Below are positions 1-7,854 of a stretch of 56,426 bases of DNA, piece by piece. The stretch lies in the NCBI GenBank assembly GCA_041652155.1, contig JBAZHV010000002.1, positions 1 to 56,426 on the forward strand. Reading direction: 5' to 3'. The notes under the pieces are model-generated. The model was not told where the DNA came from. It saw only the letters and a program-made list of their open reading frames with translations, and did no database searches. The translations under genes were made by a program, and so were the position numbers. Numbering within the stretch: the stretch's first letter is position 1; each line of letters begins with the position of its first letter. The stretch comes from Minisyncoccota bacterium. Lineage in GTDB: Bacteria; Patescibacteriota; Minisyncoccia; Minisyncoccales; JAQTVQ01.

Positions 1-400
1 GTCTGCATTCTAGAATGCAGACTTTTAGGTGGCAGAGTATATGGAATAATGCAGAGTTTTTAGAAGCCCGATTCCCAAGCTGACAGGTCAAGGTTTTAGC
101 CTCATTCTACGGCGTTGTTTTGGCGGTAAGGCAAGGTTAGAGGTAGCACCTTGGCAAAACAACGCCTTGCCAGTGGTAAGGCCAAGCCCTTGCCCTTTTC
201 CAAGGTTAGCGGCTGCCGATCCAAACGGACGGATTTAGCCCAAAAACGGGGGTAAATTTACAGTCAAAAGTCTGCATTGACTCTGCATTCTAAGGAATGC
301 AGAGTTTTGGTAGCCAGAATATCATCAAAAACAGGCAAAATCTGGGCTAAAAAGTTGTCATTGAGTTGGCATTCACTTGGCATTCTATAAATGCCAACTT
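1..400. repeat. Cluster of (T/G)GCATTC half-sites forming three perfect hairpins (1-22, 281-304, 377-397). Two hairpins are preceded by an extra copy of the left arm (271-278, 366-374).
   Basis: Read directly: gtctgcattc-ta-gaatgcagac; ctctgcattc-taag-gaatgcagag followed by tttt; ttggcatt-ctata-aatgccaa. Confidence 0.7.
64..80 (+). repeat. Exact 17-mer aagcccgattcccaagc, copy 1. The partner is at 5092-5108.
   Basis: Identical 17 nt at both sites, followed by colinear shorter matches (ggctgccg; tttagYc...gggggtaRaat). Confidence 0.8.
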
Positions 401-462
401 CTAAAAGGTAGAAACTGACTATTTTCTGACAAAAATCACCTCAAAAACTGCTTTTTACGAAT

Positions 463-1530
463 TTAATCACAAACCACATAATGCAGATATTCCATTGTTT
501 TATCTGCGCTATAATCTCTATTCTCATTTTTATCCGCTTTAAATCTACTATGCGCTTTTGTAAAATATCCGTATTTACCGCGCATACTCATTATTTCCTT
601 TATATCGCTGGCCGTCATTAGACCTTCGTTATTGTAACTTAGAAAAATGTATTTAACTTTTGCGTTAGCTATAAGATTCTTAAAAGCGGTCTTAACTTTT
701 GTGCGAGAGCAATAAACAGACTTTTGGCTTTCGTAATTTCTTAACCCGGTTTTGCCATGAATTTTGGGATTATCATATTTAGCAACGGTTTCGAGCAAGT
801 GGTAGTTTGTCGCGTATTGTCGCTGGTTATAGGGCGGATCAAGATACAAAATATCCCCCTCTATTTTTTGGATAAGTTGGCCAATATCTTCGTTAAAGAC
901 TTTATGTTCCCTATCGTTGATTATTAATTCCGCCGGTTTTAAAACAATATTCTTTTGCGCAGTTTTCTTTAGCTTTTTCAAATAGGCTCCATAAACTGAA
1001 GCGGTATTGGCATATTTATCGATTGTTTCTATAAGCGTTGCAAGTAAAAAATAATACTCGTTGTTATTGATTGACTTATTATTTTCCCATTCTTCAATTT
1101 TCATTCTTATCGCGTCGCATTTTTTTCCATTCTCATCGGAGAAATATTGTCTTTCATATTCTTTGCCTTTTGTTCCTCCTACGCAGTAATTTTTATATAT
1201 AAAACCTTTGACACCTTTTAAACTAGAAAGATATTCGCATATCGCCGTTTTTCTATTTTCGATTAACACCTCTTTGAGTTGCGGTAAAATTTCTTCCAAT
1301 TTTTTAAATTTTAGCGGACGATGGTTTTCGATATACTGTTTATTCAAAACAAAACTATAGTATTGAATATCGTTAGCGATCACTTGATAACCCTTTTTCT
1401 TAAAGTGAGTTCCAACAATTCCAGTACCGGCAAATAAATCACAAAAAACACGGCAGTTTTTACCAGCGACTTTTTCTATCGATTCGTCTAAAAATTTTAA
1501 TAATGATAATTTACTGCCGATATAATTCAT
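463..1530 (-). CDS. Alpha-class (D12/Dam-type) N6-adenine DNA methyltransferase
   Basis: N-terminal NYIGSK motif. Motif I is FCDLFAGTGIVG and motif IV is LYLDPPYNQRQY downstream. The gene overlaps the AIPR gene by 4 nt. Confidence 0.85.
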   Translation of the reverse strand: MNYIGSKLSLLKFLDESIEKVAGKNCRVFCDLFAGTGIVGTHFKKKGYQVIANDIQYYSFVLNKQYIENHRPLKFKKLEEILPQLKEVLIENRKTAICEYLSSLKGVKGFIYKNYCVGGTKGKEYERQYFSDENGKKCDAIRMKIEEWENNKSINNNEYYFLLATLIETIDKYANTASVYGAYLKKLKKTAQKNIVLKPAELIINDREHKVFNEDIGQLIQKIEGDILYLDPPYNQRQYATNYHLLETVAKYDNPKIHGKTGLRNYESQKSVYCSRTKVKTAFKNLIANAKVKYIFLSYNNEGLMTASDIKEIMSMRGKYGYFTKAHSRFKADKNENRDYSADKTMEYLHYVVCD

Positions 1531-3257
1531 TTTTTCTTTAATATTTTTGTTATTTCATTGTCAATTTCTTGCCTTGCAAAAAAATGGCCAACGCTATTTA
1601 TTTCTTCCCGTTTTTTGTAATCAGCCAATAAATTAACCAATAACTTTGAAGAAGCAGCATAAGCCCTATCCAAATCTTTTACATCGCTTCTTTCTATAAT
1701 TCCTATAACATCCTCAAACGATTTTTTTTGCGATATAAATAATATTTCCCACATTATTCTTGCTATGTGAAAATATGCAAAATATTCAATTTCTTGCTTA
1801 TCATCCATTCTCTCAACTATAGGCCGTTTTTTAAGACAAAAATCGCTAATTAATGTAGCAACTAATATTTCGTTAAAATTTCTTATAAAAATTTTTTGAT
1901 AAAGAGGTTCCCCGAATAAAATATTCTCTTGTCTTTTATGGGCTATGCTCGGACTAACTAATGCTGTCGACAATACAGCTTGAGCTACAAAAAAATTATC
2001 AAAAATACCCTTGACGCTTGCCTTCTTTGGTCTTATTTCACCCCTTTGTTTAAGATAAAAATATTTCTTTCGTTTAAATTCATTTTGCAATGCTTTTTGC
2101 TCTGGATTATTAGAGACAAGATCTCTTGATTTAACTGCTAGTTGGCTATTGGTTGACTTCGCCACCTTTAAAAGCAAGTCATTGTCTTCTGTTTCATAAA
2201 TTTTTAACAAAATTTTGACTTCCTTCCTTAACTTTCCGTCCCTCAATGCCTTGTCCAACACTATAGCTGTTTGCTGCCCATTTATAATTTGAGGATTTGT
2301 TAATTTTAATATATGTTTTTCTGGATCCGGCAAACAATTTTCGCAAATAATGGTAATCCCATTATTTAAAAACCAAAATAAATCTGCTTCTTTATTCGAG
2401 GTGCAAGAATTAAGAATATCTTTATTATATTTTCTAAAACTCATCCAGCCACGAACATTTTTTTCAAAAAGGCAGTTACCATATGTTTCAATTAATTTTG
2501 CAATTTCGCTTCCCTTAACTGTCGCAAGGCGACCATTAGCGTTGATAATTTCTATTTCATTGCTAATTAAACGATCACCAACATATTTTAATTTTATTAT
2601 TTTACCCCTTAATGTTTCTTTTCTCGCGACATCAATGGAAAACAGGTCGTTAGCAGAAATTAGCTCTAAAGAAAACTTCGCTTTTGGATAAACCGTTTTA
2701 AAATATTTATCGAAGTAACTATAAATTTGCTTTACAGTTCTCAATATTTTTACCTCTTCTCTATTTTTTCCATTAAAAACGCAGTAGAAACATTTCACTT
2801 CTAAGACGTTGTCTTTGTCCTCTCTAATTTCGGAAATTTTATTAACAATTTTTTTATTTTCAAGTTGAAAATAATCTTTTTTAGGTTTAGCGAACAGATA
2901 GTCCAAACCGTTAAAAAATTCCTTTAAATCTTTTTCTGAAAAATCATCCTTTAACGATGATTTACAGTTAAAAATATTTATAAAAATTCCTTGTTCGTTT
3001 GACACTATATAAACCGAATCCACGCCATTATCATCATCACCGTCTGTAATATCCTCGTCCTGAATATCGGCATTACTAATTATAGAACTTGCCAAGTCAA
3101 CAAAAGCTACTCCCCTTTGAAGGTCTTTTTTTATTGAAGAATACTTATTGTCTATAATATCTTCAATCTGCGAATTTATGGCTTGTTTTTGTGGTGTATT
3201 AGTCTGCTTCATTTTTTTAGATCGAAATTCTATAGAAAGATTATTTTTCTTTTTCAT
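1527..3257 (-). CDS. AIPR-family (abortive infection phage resistance) protein
   Basis: 576 aa. The C-terminal region WFLNNGITIICENC...IINGQQT resembles the AIPR signature. It sits between an HTH gene and a MTase. Confidence 0.7.
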   Translation of the reverse strand: MKKKNNLSIEFRSKKMKQTNTPQKQAINSQIEDIIDNKYSSIKKDLQRGVAFVDLASSIISNADIQDEDITDGDDDNGVDSVYIVSNEQGIFINIFNCKSSLKDDFSEKDLKEFFNGLDYLFAKPKKDYFQLENKKIVNKISEIREDKDNVLEVKCFYCVFNGKNREEVKILRTVKQIYSYFDKYFKTVYPKAKFSLELISANDLFSIDVARKETLRGKIIKLKYVGDRLISNEIEIINANGRLATVKGSEIAKLIETYGNCLFEKNVRGWMSFRKYNKDILNSCTSNKEADLFWFLNNGITIICENCLPDPEKHILKLTNPQIINGQQTAIVLDKALRDGKLRKEVKILLKIYETEDNDLLLKVAKSTNSQLAVKSRDLVSNNPEQKALQNEFKRKKYFYLKQRGEIRPKKASVKGIFDNFFVAQAVLSTALVSPSIAHKRQENILFGEPLYQKIFIRNFNEILVATLISDFCLKKRPIVERMDDKQEIEYFAYFHIARIMWEILFISQKKSFEDVIGIIERSDVKDLDRAYAASSKLLVNLLADYKKREEINSVGHFFARQEIDNEITKILKKK

Positions 3258-3420
3258 CCTTCATTATTTCCAAGGGGTTTACGCCCAAAAACTTAGCGAG
3301 TTCTTCAACATTGCTTTTTACAGGTTTGAATCTATTTGACAAAATGTTCGATAATTGGTTTTTGGAAATACCGAGCATCTTTGCCAGCTCAGAAAAATTG
3401 TCTATTTTTCTTTTTGCCAT
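3241..3420 (-). CDS. Small XRE-type HTH regulator (controller-protein-like). The ORF track extends it to 3468 with a non-ATG start.
   Basis: MAKRKIDNFSELAKMLGISKNQLSNIL is a typical HTH_3 sequence. An ATG lies at 3420 with aaagag upstream. The 3' end overlaps the AIPR start by 17 nt. Confidence 0.7.
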   Translation of the reverse strand: MAKRKIDNFSELAKMLGISKNQLSNILSNRFKPVKSNVEELAKFLGVNPLEIMKDEKEK

Positions 3421-3504
3421 TATCTCTTTGATTTTATATTTGTCTATAATCAGCATAACATAATTCAAAGTATAAATACAAGTATTTAATTAACTTTGTA
3501 TAAT

Positions 3505-4173
3505 TTATTTCTTAACTATCTTGTTGAGTTCCTCTCGCCATTTATATGGGTTATGCCAAAAACATCCCTTACACCCGGCTTCTTCGTGCTTGTCAATTTT
3601 CTCGTCCCATTCTTCATCGCCCACATACCAAAAATAAACTCCGGGAAAACAACCTCTTTTACCAGTTTTGTAACATCTTTCGCAATACCTTGATTTTAAA
3701 AGATTATTACTCCTTGTCAAAAGAATAAATTTTCCTTTAATTTCTTCAGCTTTCATCTCCAATCCATTTTCAGGTTCGTTTTTGTTCCATCTTACCTGCG
3801 GAAACTTGTGATCGACTTCCAACTCTTTCGGCATCATCTTTCTTAAAAATAACGCCTCCTCAAAATTCAGCACTTCTTTGATTTTACTAATCAATTTTTG
3901 CGGCAAACCGGATCGCGTTTTTGTTTCTTCCGACACAACCAATGATTTTAATTTTCTATGGACTGTTTTATTACCACATTTTTTGCACAATATCGTTTTA
4001 TAAAAATTGTCCTTATCATCTTTGTCCAATTGTATCCCCATTTGTCGCCAAACTTGCCAAGTTTTCGCTTGGCCAGATTTTAATTCGCATTTTGTACAAT
4101 GCCATTTTAAATCACTTAAAATTTCAAAATCTTTATATTGTGTTGACCCTTCCTTAAATGGATTGTTTTTCAT
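3505..4173 (-). CDS. Putative HNH-type restriction endonuclease with Cys-rich zinc-ribbon modules
   Basis: HNH-like core EVDHKFPQVRWN...SNNLLKSRYCERC. CxxC pairs CTKC/CKKCGN and CKGC. The gene overlaps the upstream MTase by 20 nt. Confidence 0.6.
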   Translation of the reverse strand: MKNNPFKEGSTQYKDFEILSDLKWHCTKCELKSGQAKTWQVWRQMGIQLDKDDKDNFYKTILCKKCGNKTVHRKLKSLVVSEETKTRSGLPQKLISKIKEVLNFEEALFLRKMMPKELEVDHKFPQVRWNKNEPENGLEMKAEEIKGKFILLTRSNNLLKSRYCERCYKTGKRGCFPGVYFWYVGDEEWDEKIDKHEEAGCKGCFWHNPYKWREELNKIVKK

Positions 4174-4951
4174 TTTTGAATATTAAAATGTATTCGTGCT
4201 TAAAGATGTAATAATCGCTTGATAATGCCCTGTATTTCCAAATTGCCTCTTTGTTCTGCTTGGCGCGATTGCCTTCCATGTTTTTGATTATAATGCTTTT
4301 TAATGTTAAACCCAATTTTTGAAGCTCATTCATACAATAAAATCCTAATGGAATCCATTGACCTTTTGTATATTTATCGCCGATTACAACGGCTAAATAT
4401 CTGTTTCTATCCAATATGCTGATTACATTTTTGGAAACTTGCGAAAACTTTTCTAAAAATTCCTTAAGCGATTGGCAATTAGATAAGTCTTCCGAATGAT
4501 CGCTAAATTTTATAATATCCGCATAGGGCGGATGTAAAATCGCAAATTGAACGCTTTCTCTTTGATATTTTTTCAGCGAACTAACAATATTGTCAAATGT
4601 CATTTTATTTGCGCTATCTCCGGCAACCAACTCAAAAAAATTATTTTTACTATCAATTTTTCCCTTAATATAATTTATAAGTTCCGGCTGTATGTCCACC
4701 CCGACAAAATTTCTGTTTAACGATTCTGCCTCGAATGCCGTTGTCCCGCTGCCAACAAAAGGATCAAGCACAACATCGCCGTTTCGGGTATATCTTGAAA
4801 TTAATTGTCGAGGTATTTGCGGTACAAAATTGCCGTGATAAAAACCACTATGCTTTCCCGATTTATCTCTTTCGGGAATGATCCAAAGACTATCTGTCCA
4901 AACGCCCAGATTTCTCCAATCGTTTAAATTTAAATCGTTGAAACTTGGCAT
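4154..4951 (-). CDS. DNA methyltransferase with motif I before motif IV (gamma-like order)
   Basis: VLDPFVGSGTTAFEA (AdoMet motif I) is followed about 85 aa later by ILHPPYADII (motif IV variant). Confidence 0.8.
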   Translation of the reverse strand: MPSFNDLNLNDWRNLGVWTDSLWIIPERDKSGKHSGFYHGNFVPQIPRQLISRYTRNGDVVLDPFVGSGTTAFEAESLNRNFVGVDIQPELINYIKGKIDSKNNFFELVAGDSANKMTFDNIVSSLKKYQRESVQFAILHPPYADIIKFSDHSEDLSNCQSLKEFLEKFSQVSKNVISILDRNRYLAVVIGDKYTKGQWIPLGFYCMNELQKLGLTLKSIIIKNMEGNRAKQNKEAIWKYRALSSDYYIFKHEYILIFKNEKQSI

Positions 4952-5091
4952 AATTGAAAGGTTAACTACTCTCTATAATCTACCTTTTTCAACACTATTT
5001 TTCAAATTCCAAACGAAACCACAGGCTTCGTTTTATTTATATTTTAAATTCTCCCCTTCCCCCCATCTTTTCGGCTAAAATGCGTTGTGCC

Positions 5092-5108
5092 AAGCCCGAT
5101 TCCCAAGC
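5092..5108 (+). repeat. Exact 17-mer aagcccgattcccaagc, copy 2
   Basis: Identical to 64-80 and lies in a 520-nt non-coding region. Confidence 0.8.
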
Positions 5109-5323
5109 CGGCTGCCGGTCTGCGAGCGAAGCTCTGGTTTGGTACTCCAAAACAGGGCGAAGTGAGTTTAGTCGGGGGTAGAATGTTGCGCCTTTTGCCC
5201 AAAAAAGATACAACAAAAATACCAGACAGAAATCGGGGCAGTTTAACCGTTTTTAACCGTTCTCTTCAAGGAAGAAAGTCCGAACTTTTTCATACAAACA
5301 GCTCATCGAAGAAAACGCCAATT

Positions 5324-5382
5324 TTTTGGCCGATAATGCCCACGGTTTTTGAAGCGAAATAAACGGTTTTTGGCCGACAATG
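5324..5382 (+). repeat. Direct repeat ttttggccgaYaatgc (5324-5339 and 5367-5382) upstream of the recombinase gene
   Basis: Read directly. 15 of 16 nt are identical and the copies are 43 nt apart. Confidence 0.5.
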
Positions 5383-5474
5383 CGGAAGTCCGAAAGCGTT
5401 TTATCGAAAACGAAAGCCGATTTTTTTCCTCCAAATTTTCACAAATCCAAATTATTTTTATCCTTAAAAGGAAT

Positions 5475-6935
5475 ATGAAATATTTTTTATACGCTCGAAA
5501 ATCCACGGACGAAGAAGAACGCCAAGTTTTGAGCATTGAAGCCCAGATAACGGAACTGAAAGAATTTGCTTTGAAAGAAGGACTGGAAATCGCCGATGAA
5601 TTTATTGAATCGAAAACCGCCAAGGTTCCGGGTCGTCCTATATTTAACCAGATGATCGCCAAAATAGAAGCTGGTGGGTCTTTTGGCATTTTAAGCTGGC
5701 ACCCGGACAGGCTGGCGCGCAATTCGGTTGATGGCGGTAAAATCATTTATCTCGTGGACACTGGCAAGATCGGCGGCTTAAAATTCCTCACCTTTTGGTT
5801 TGACGCAACCCCGCAAAGAAAGTTTATGTTAAATATCGCTTTCGGCCAGTCAAAATATTACATTGATAATTTGAGCGAGAATATCAAACGCGGATTGCGC
5901 CAAAAATTACGAAACGGCGATTATCCGGCCTACGCCCCTATCGGCTATCTAAACGAGTTGCGCCATCATACCATCGTCAAAGACACACAGCGCGCCGAAG
6001 CGGTCAAGAAAGTCTTTGAAGCTTATGCCACGGGAAAATATACTTTGGAAGATTTGCAAAAACTTTCTTTTTCCATTGGCTTTGCCGGACAAAGAAAAGG
6101 AAAAGCCATCGCCGTTTCCAAAATCCAAACAATGCTGAAAAATCCGTTTTACTACGGCCTGTTTCATTTCAAAGGCGAAATATACCAAGGCAATCACGAG
6201 CCAATCATTTCCAAACAACTTTTTGAAAAATGCCAGCGCGTAATGCAGGAACGCGGCAAACCGCAAGCAAATAGTTTGAAACATTACGCTTTCCGCGGTG
6301 TATTCAAATGCGGCGAGTGCGGCCGCCAGATTACCGCCGAAACACGGGTCAAACCTTCCGGCAAATCATACACATATTACCGATGTACCAAGAAAGACCG
6401 CGTTTGCCGCCAGAAATATATCGGCGAAAAAAATCTATCGGATCAGTTGAATAAACTTTTTCAAAAAGTTGCTTTAAGCGCGGAATGGAAAAATAACTTT
6501 ATCAAACGATGGGAAAAAGATCACAAGGAATTTTCCACCACCGCCAACGATTCCGCCCAAAATTTAAAAACGGAATTAAAAGCTGTTAGCGCAAAACTAA
6601 ACCGGCTTTTGGACGCTTACATAGATCAAACGATTGGCCGCGAAGAATACGCCGCCAAAAAGCAAAAACTGCTCAACCGCAAGGTTGAAATTAACGAGGA
6701 GCTGGAAAATTTTGGGCGGAGGGGAAATGTTCGGCTCGGACTCTTCAAAGACTGGATTTTAGAGGCATTTCAAGCCAATTCCATCGCAGAAAGTGAAAAT
6801 TTGGAGGGAAAACGGGACTTCCTGAAAAAGATCGGCTCGGACTACCTTATTACCGGCCAAAAACCCATTATTTCATTGCAAAAACCGTGGTCGCTGTCGT
6901 TCCAAAAGAGCGGATTTCTCTCTATGAGCGGGTGA
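5475..6935 (+). CDS. Large serine recombinase (resolvase catalytic domain, recombinase domain and zinc ribbon)
   Basis: MKYFLYARKSTDEEERQVLSIEAQ carries the catalytic Ser motif. Later features are CGECGRQITAE...YYRC and a coiled-coil tail. The ATG at 5475 is preceded by aaagga. The ORF-track start at 5349 adds a non-homologous extension. Confidence 0.85.
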   Translation: MKYFLYARKSTDEEERQVLSIEAQITELKEFALKEGLEIADEFIESKTAKVPGRPIFNQMIAKIEAGGSFGILSWHPDRLARNSVDGGKIIYLVDTGKIGGLKFLTFWFDATPQRKFMLNIAFGQSKYYIDNLSENIKRGLRQKLRNGDYPAYAPIGYLNELRHHTIVKDTQRAEAVKKVFEAYATGKYTLEDLQKLSFSIGFAGQRKGKAIAVSKIQTMLKNPFYYGLFHFKGEIYQGNHEPIISKQLFEKCQRVMQERGKPQANSLKHYAFRGVFKCGECGRQITAETRVKPSGKSYTYYRCTKKDRVCRQKYIGEKNLSDQLNKLFQKVALSAEWKNNFIKRWEKDHKEFSTTANDSAQNLKTELKAVSAKLNRLLDAYIDQTIGREEYAAKKQKLLNRKVEINEELENFGRRGNVRLGLFKDWILEAFQANSIAESENLEGKRDFLKKIGSDYLITGQKPIISLQKPWSLSFQKSGFLSMSG

Positions 6936-6998
6936 AGGGAGTCGGACCCTCGTCTCAACCTTGGGAAGGTTACATAATAGCCGTTATACGACACCCGC
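6928..6998 (-). tRNA. tRNA-Gly (anticodon CCC), 71 nt, no encoded CCA
   Basis: Folded by hand. Acceptor stem GCGGGTG/CACCCGC. Anticodon arm TAACC-TTCCCAA-GGTTG. T arm GAGGG-TCCGACT-CCCTT. The discriminator is U. The D stem is weak, and the T loop has C where the conserved T55 is expected. Confidence 0.7.
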
Positions 6999-7113
6999 GT
7001 TGGTCCGCCGAAGCGCTTCGCGCGAAGGCGACCCTACGCTCACCTTAGCTCGGAGCTAAGGCGAGCTACGGCGGGGCGATGCCCGCCTCGCCGATATCTC
7101 TTTTGCTTTATTT

Positions 7114-7533
7114 TTAATTTCCTGATTTTGCGCTGAATTGGTTCTTTATCCAATTTATGATGTTGCCGAACAATCCTTTGTTTTGTTCTTGTGTTCCTTG
7201 GTCTTGGCCCTGGGTCGATTCGTCCCTTTTGATCATCAATATTTGCTCCCCCGGCTTTTGCAAATTAAGTTCTTCACGGGCCACTTTTTCCAAAGAAGCC
7301 GGGCTGGACGCCTCGGTCAATAAAGAGTTAAGCCGCTTTTCCTTTTCGGAATAGCTGTTCGACGTCTGCTTTACATCTGCCAGGTTTTTTAAAAGCTTTT
7401 GGCGTTCGGTATTCAGCTTCAGGTTGGTATCTATGAAATAGATCGTCAAAGGTACAAAAAAAATAGCCAGGAGAACGATCTTTTTGCGAAAGGTCCAAAA
7501 CCTCTTTCTATTTTTTTTCTTTTTTGCTATCAT
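7114..7533 (-). CDS. ftsB: FtsB/DivIC-type septum formation initiator
   Basis: N-terminal TM helix, coiled coil, and the motif LEKVAREELNLQKPGEQIL. Confidence 0.7.
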   Translation of the reverse strand: MIAKKKKNRKRFWTFRKKIVLLAIFFVPLTIYFIDTNLKLNTERQKLLKNLADVKQTSNSYSEKEKRLNSLLTEASSPASLEKVAREELNLQKPGEQILMIKRDESTQGQDQGTQEQNKGLFGNIINWIKNQFSAKSGN

Positions 7534-7542
7534 ACAGGCGAT

Positions 7543-7659
7543 ATGTTAAGCGATAACAAACAAACAAGAAAAACGGTGAGGATAGTTTGGACGATCGTTA
7601 TCGTTCTGATCGCCATCTCAACGATCTTAGCCCTTATTCCTCAAGCGTTGATCAAATAA
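7543..7659 (+). CDS. Possible 38-aa single-pass membrane peptide
   Basis: MLSDNKQTRKTVRIVWTIVIVLIAISTILALIPQALIK has a basic N-terminus followed by a TM helix. There is no homology evidence. Confidence 0.3.
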   Translation: MLSDNKQTRKTVRIVWTIVIVLIAISTILALIPQALIK

Positions 7660-7854
7660 TATTTATTATTTCAAAAAGGTTATCCTCTGTTGCAAGGGGC
7701 TTTTTTTGTTATATCCGGCGCGATCTGCCACCCCTTTTAAAATATCGGAACTTGGCGAGCAATTCCTCCGAATAGAACGAACCTCTTGCCTCGATAAATT
7801 CTCCTGCCTTATTCTGCCACAAAGTCCATCCCTTCGCAACTTTCGAAATTCTCC

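Larger units (their letters stand above)
1..6935. mobile_element. Putative integrated defence island adjacent to tRNA-Gly. The left border is unresolved and may extend past the window start.
   Basis: Two methyltransferases, an HNH nuclease, an AIPR protein and a serine recombinase are clustered. The recombinase stop overlaps the tRNA 3' end. Related non-coding blocks occur at 64-258 and 5092-5185. Confidence 0.45.

Noticed and set aside
3469-3504. Possible C-box-like operator palindrome upstream of the HTH gene (tacaa...ttaattaa...ttgta)
   Set aside because: The outer and inner symmetric elements are offset by 1 nt and the arms are only 5 bp long. This is too weak to call from sequence alone.
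5087-5746. ORFs 5087-5362 (plus strand) and 5303-5746 (minus strand) in the island spacer
   Set aside because: No ribosome-binding context or motifs are present. One overlaps the recombinase N-terminus in antisense. The region is better explained as non-coding.
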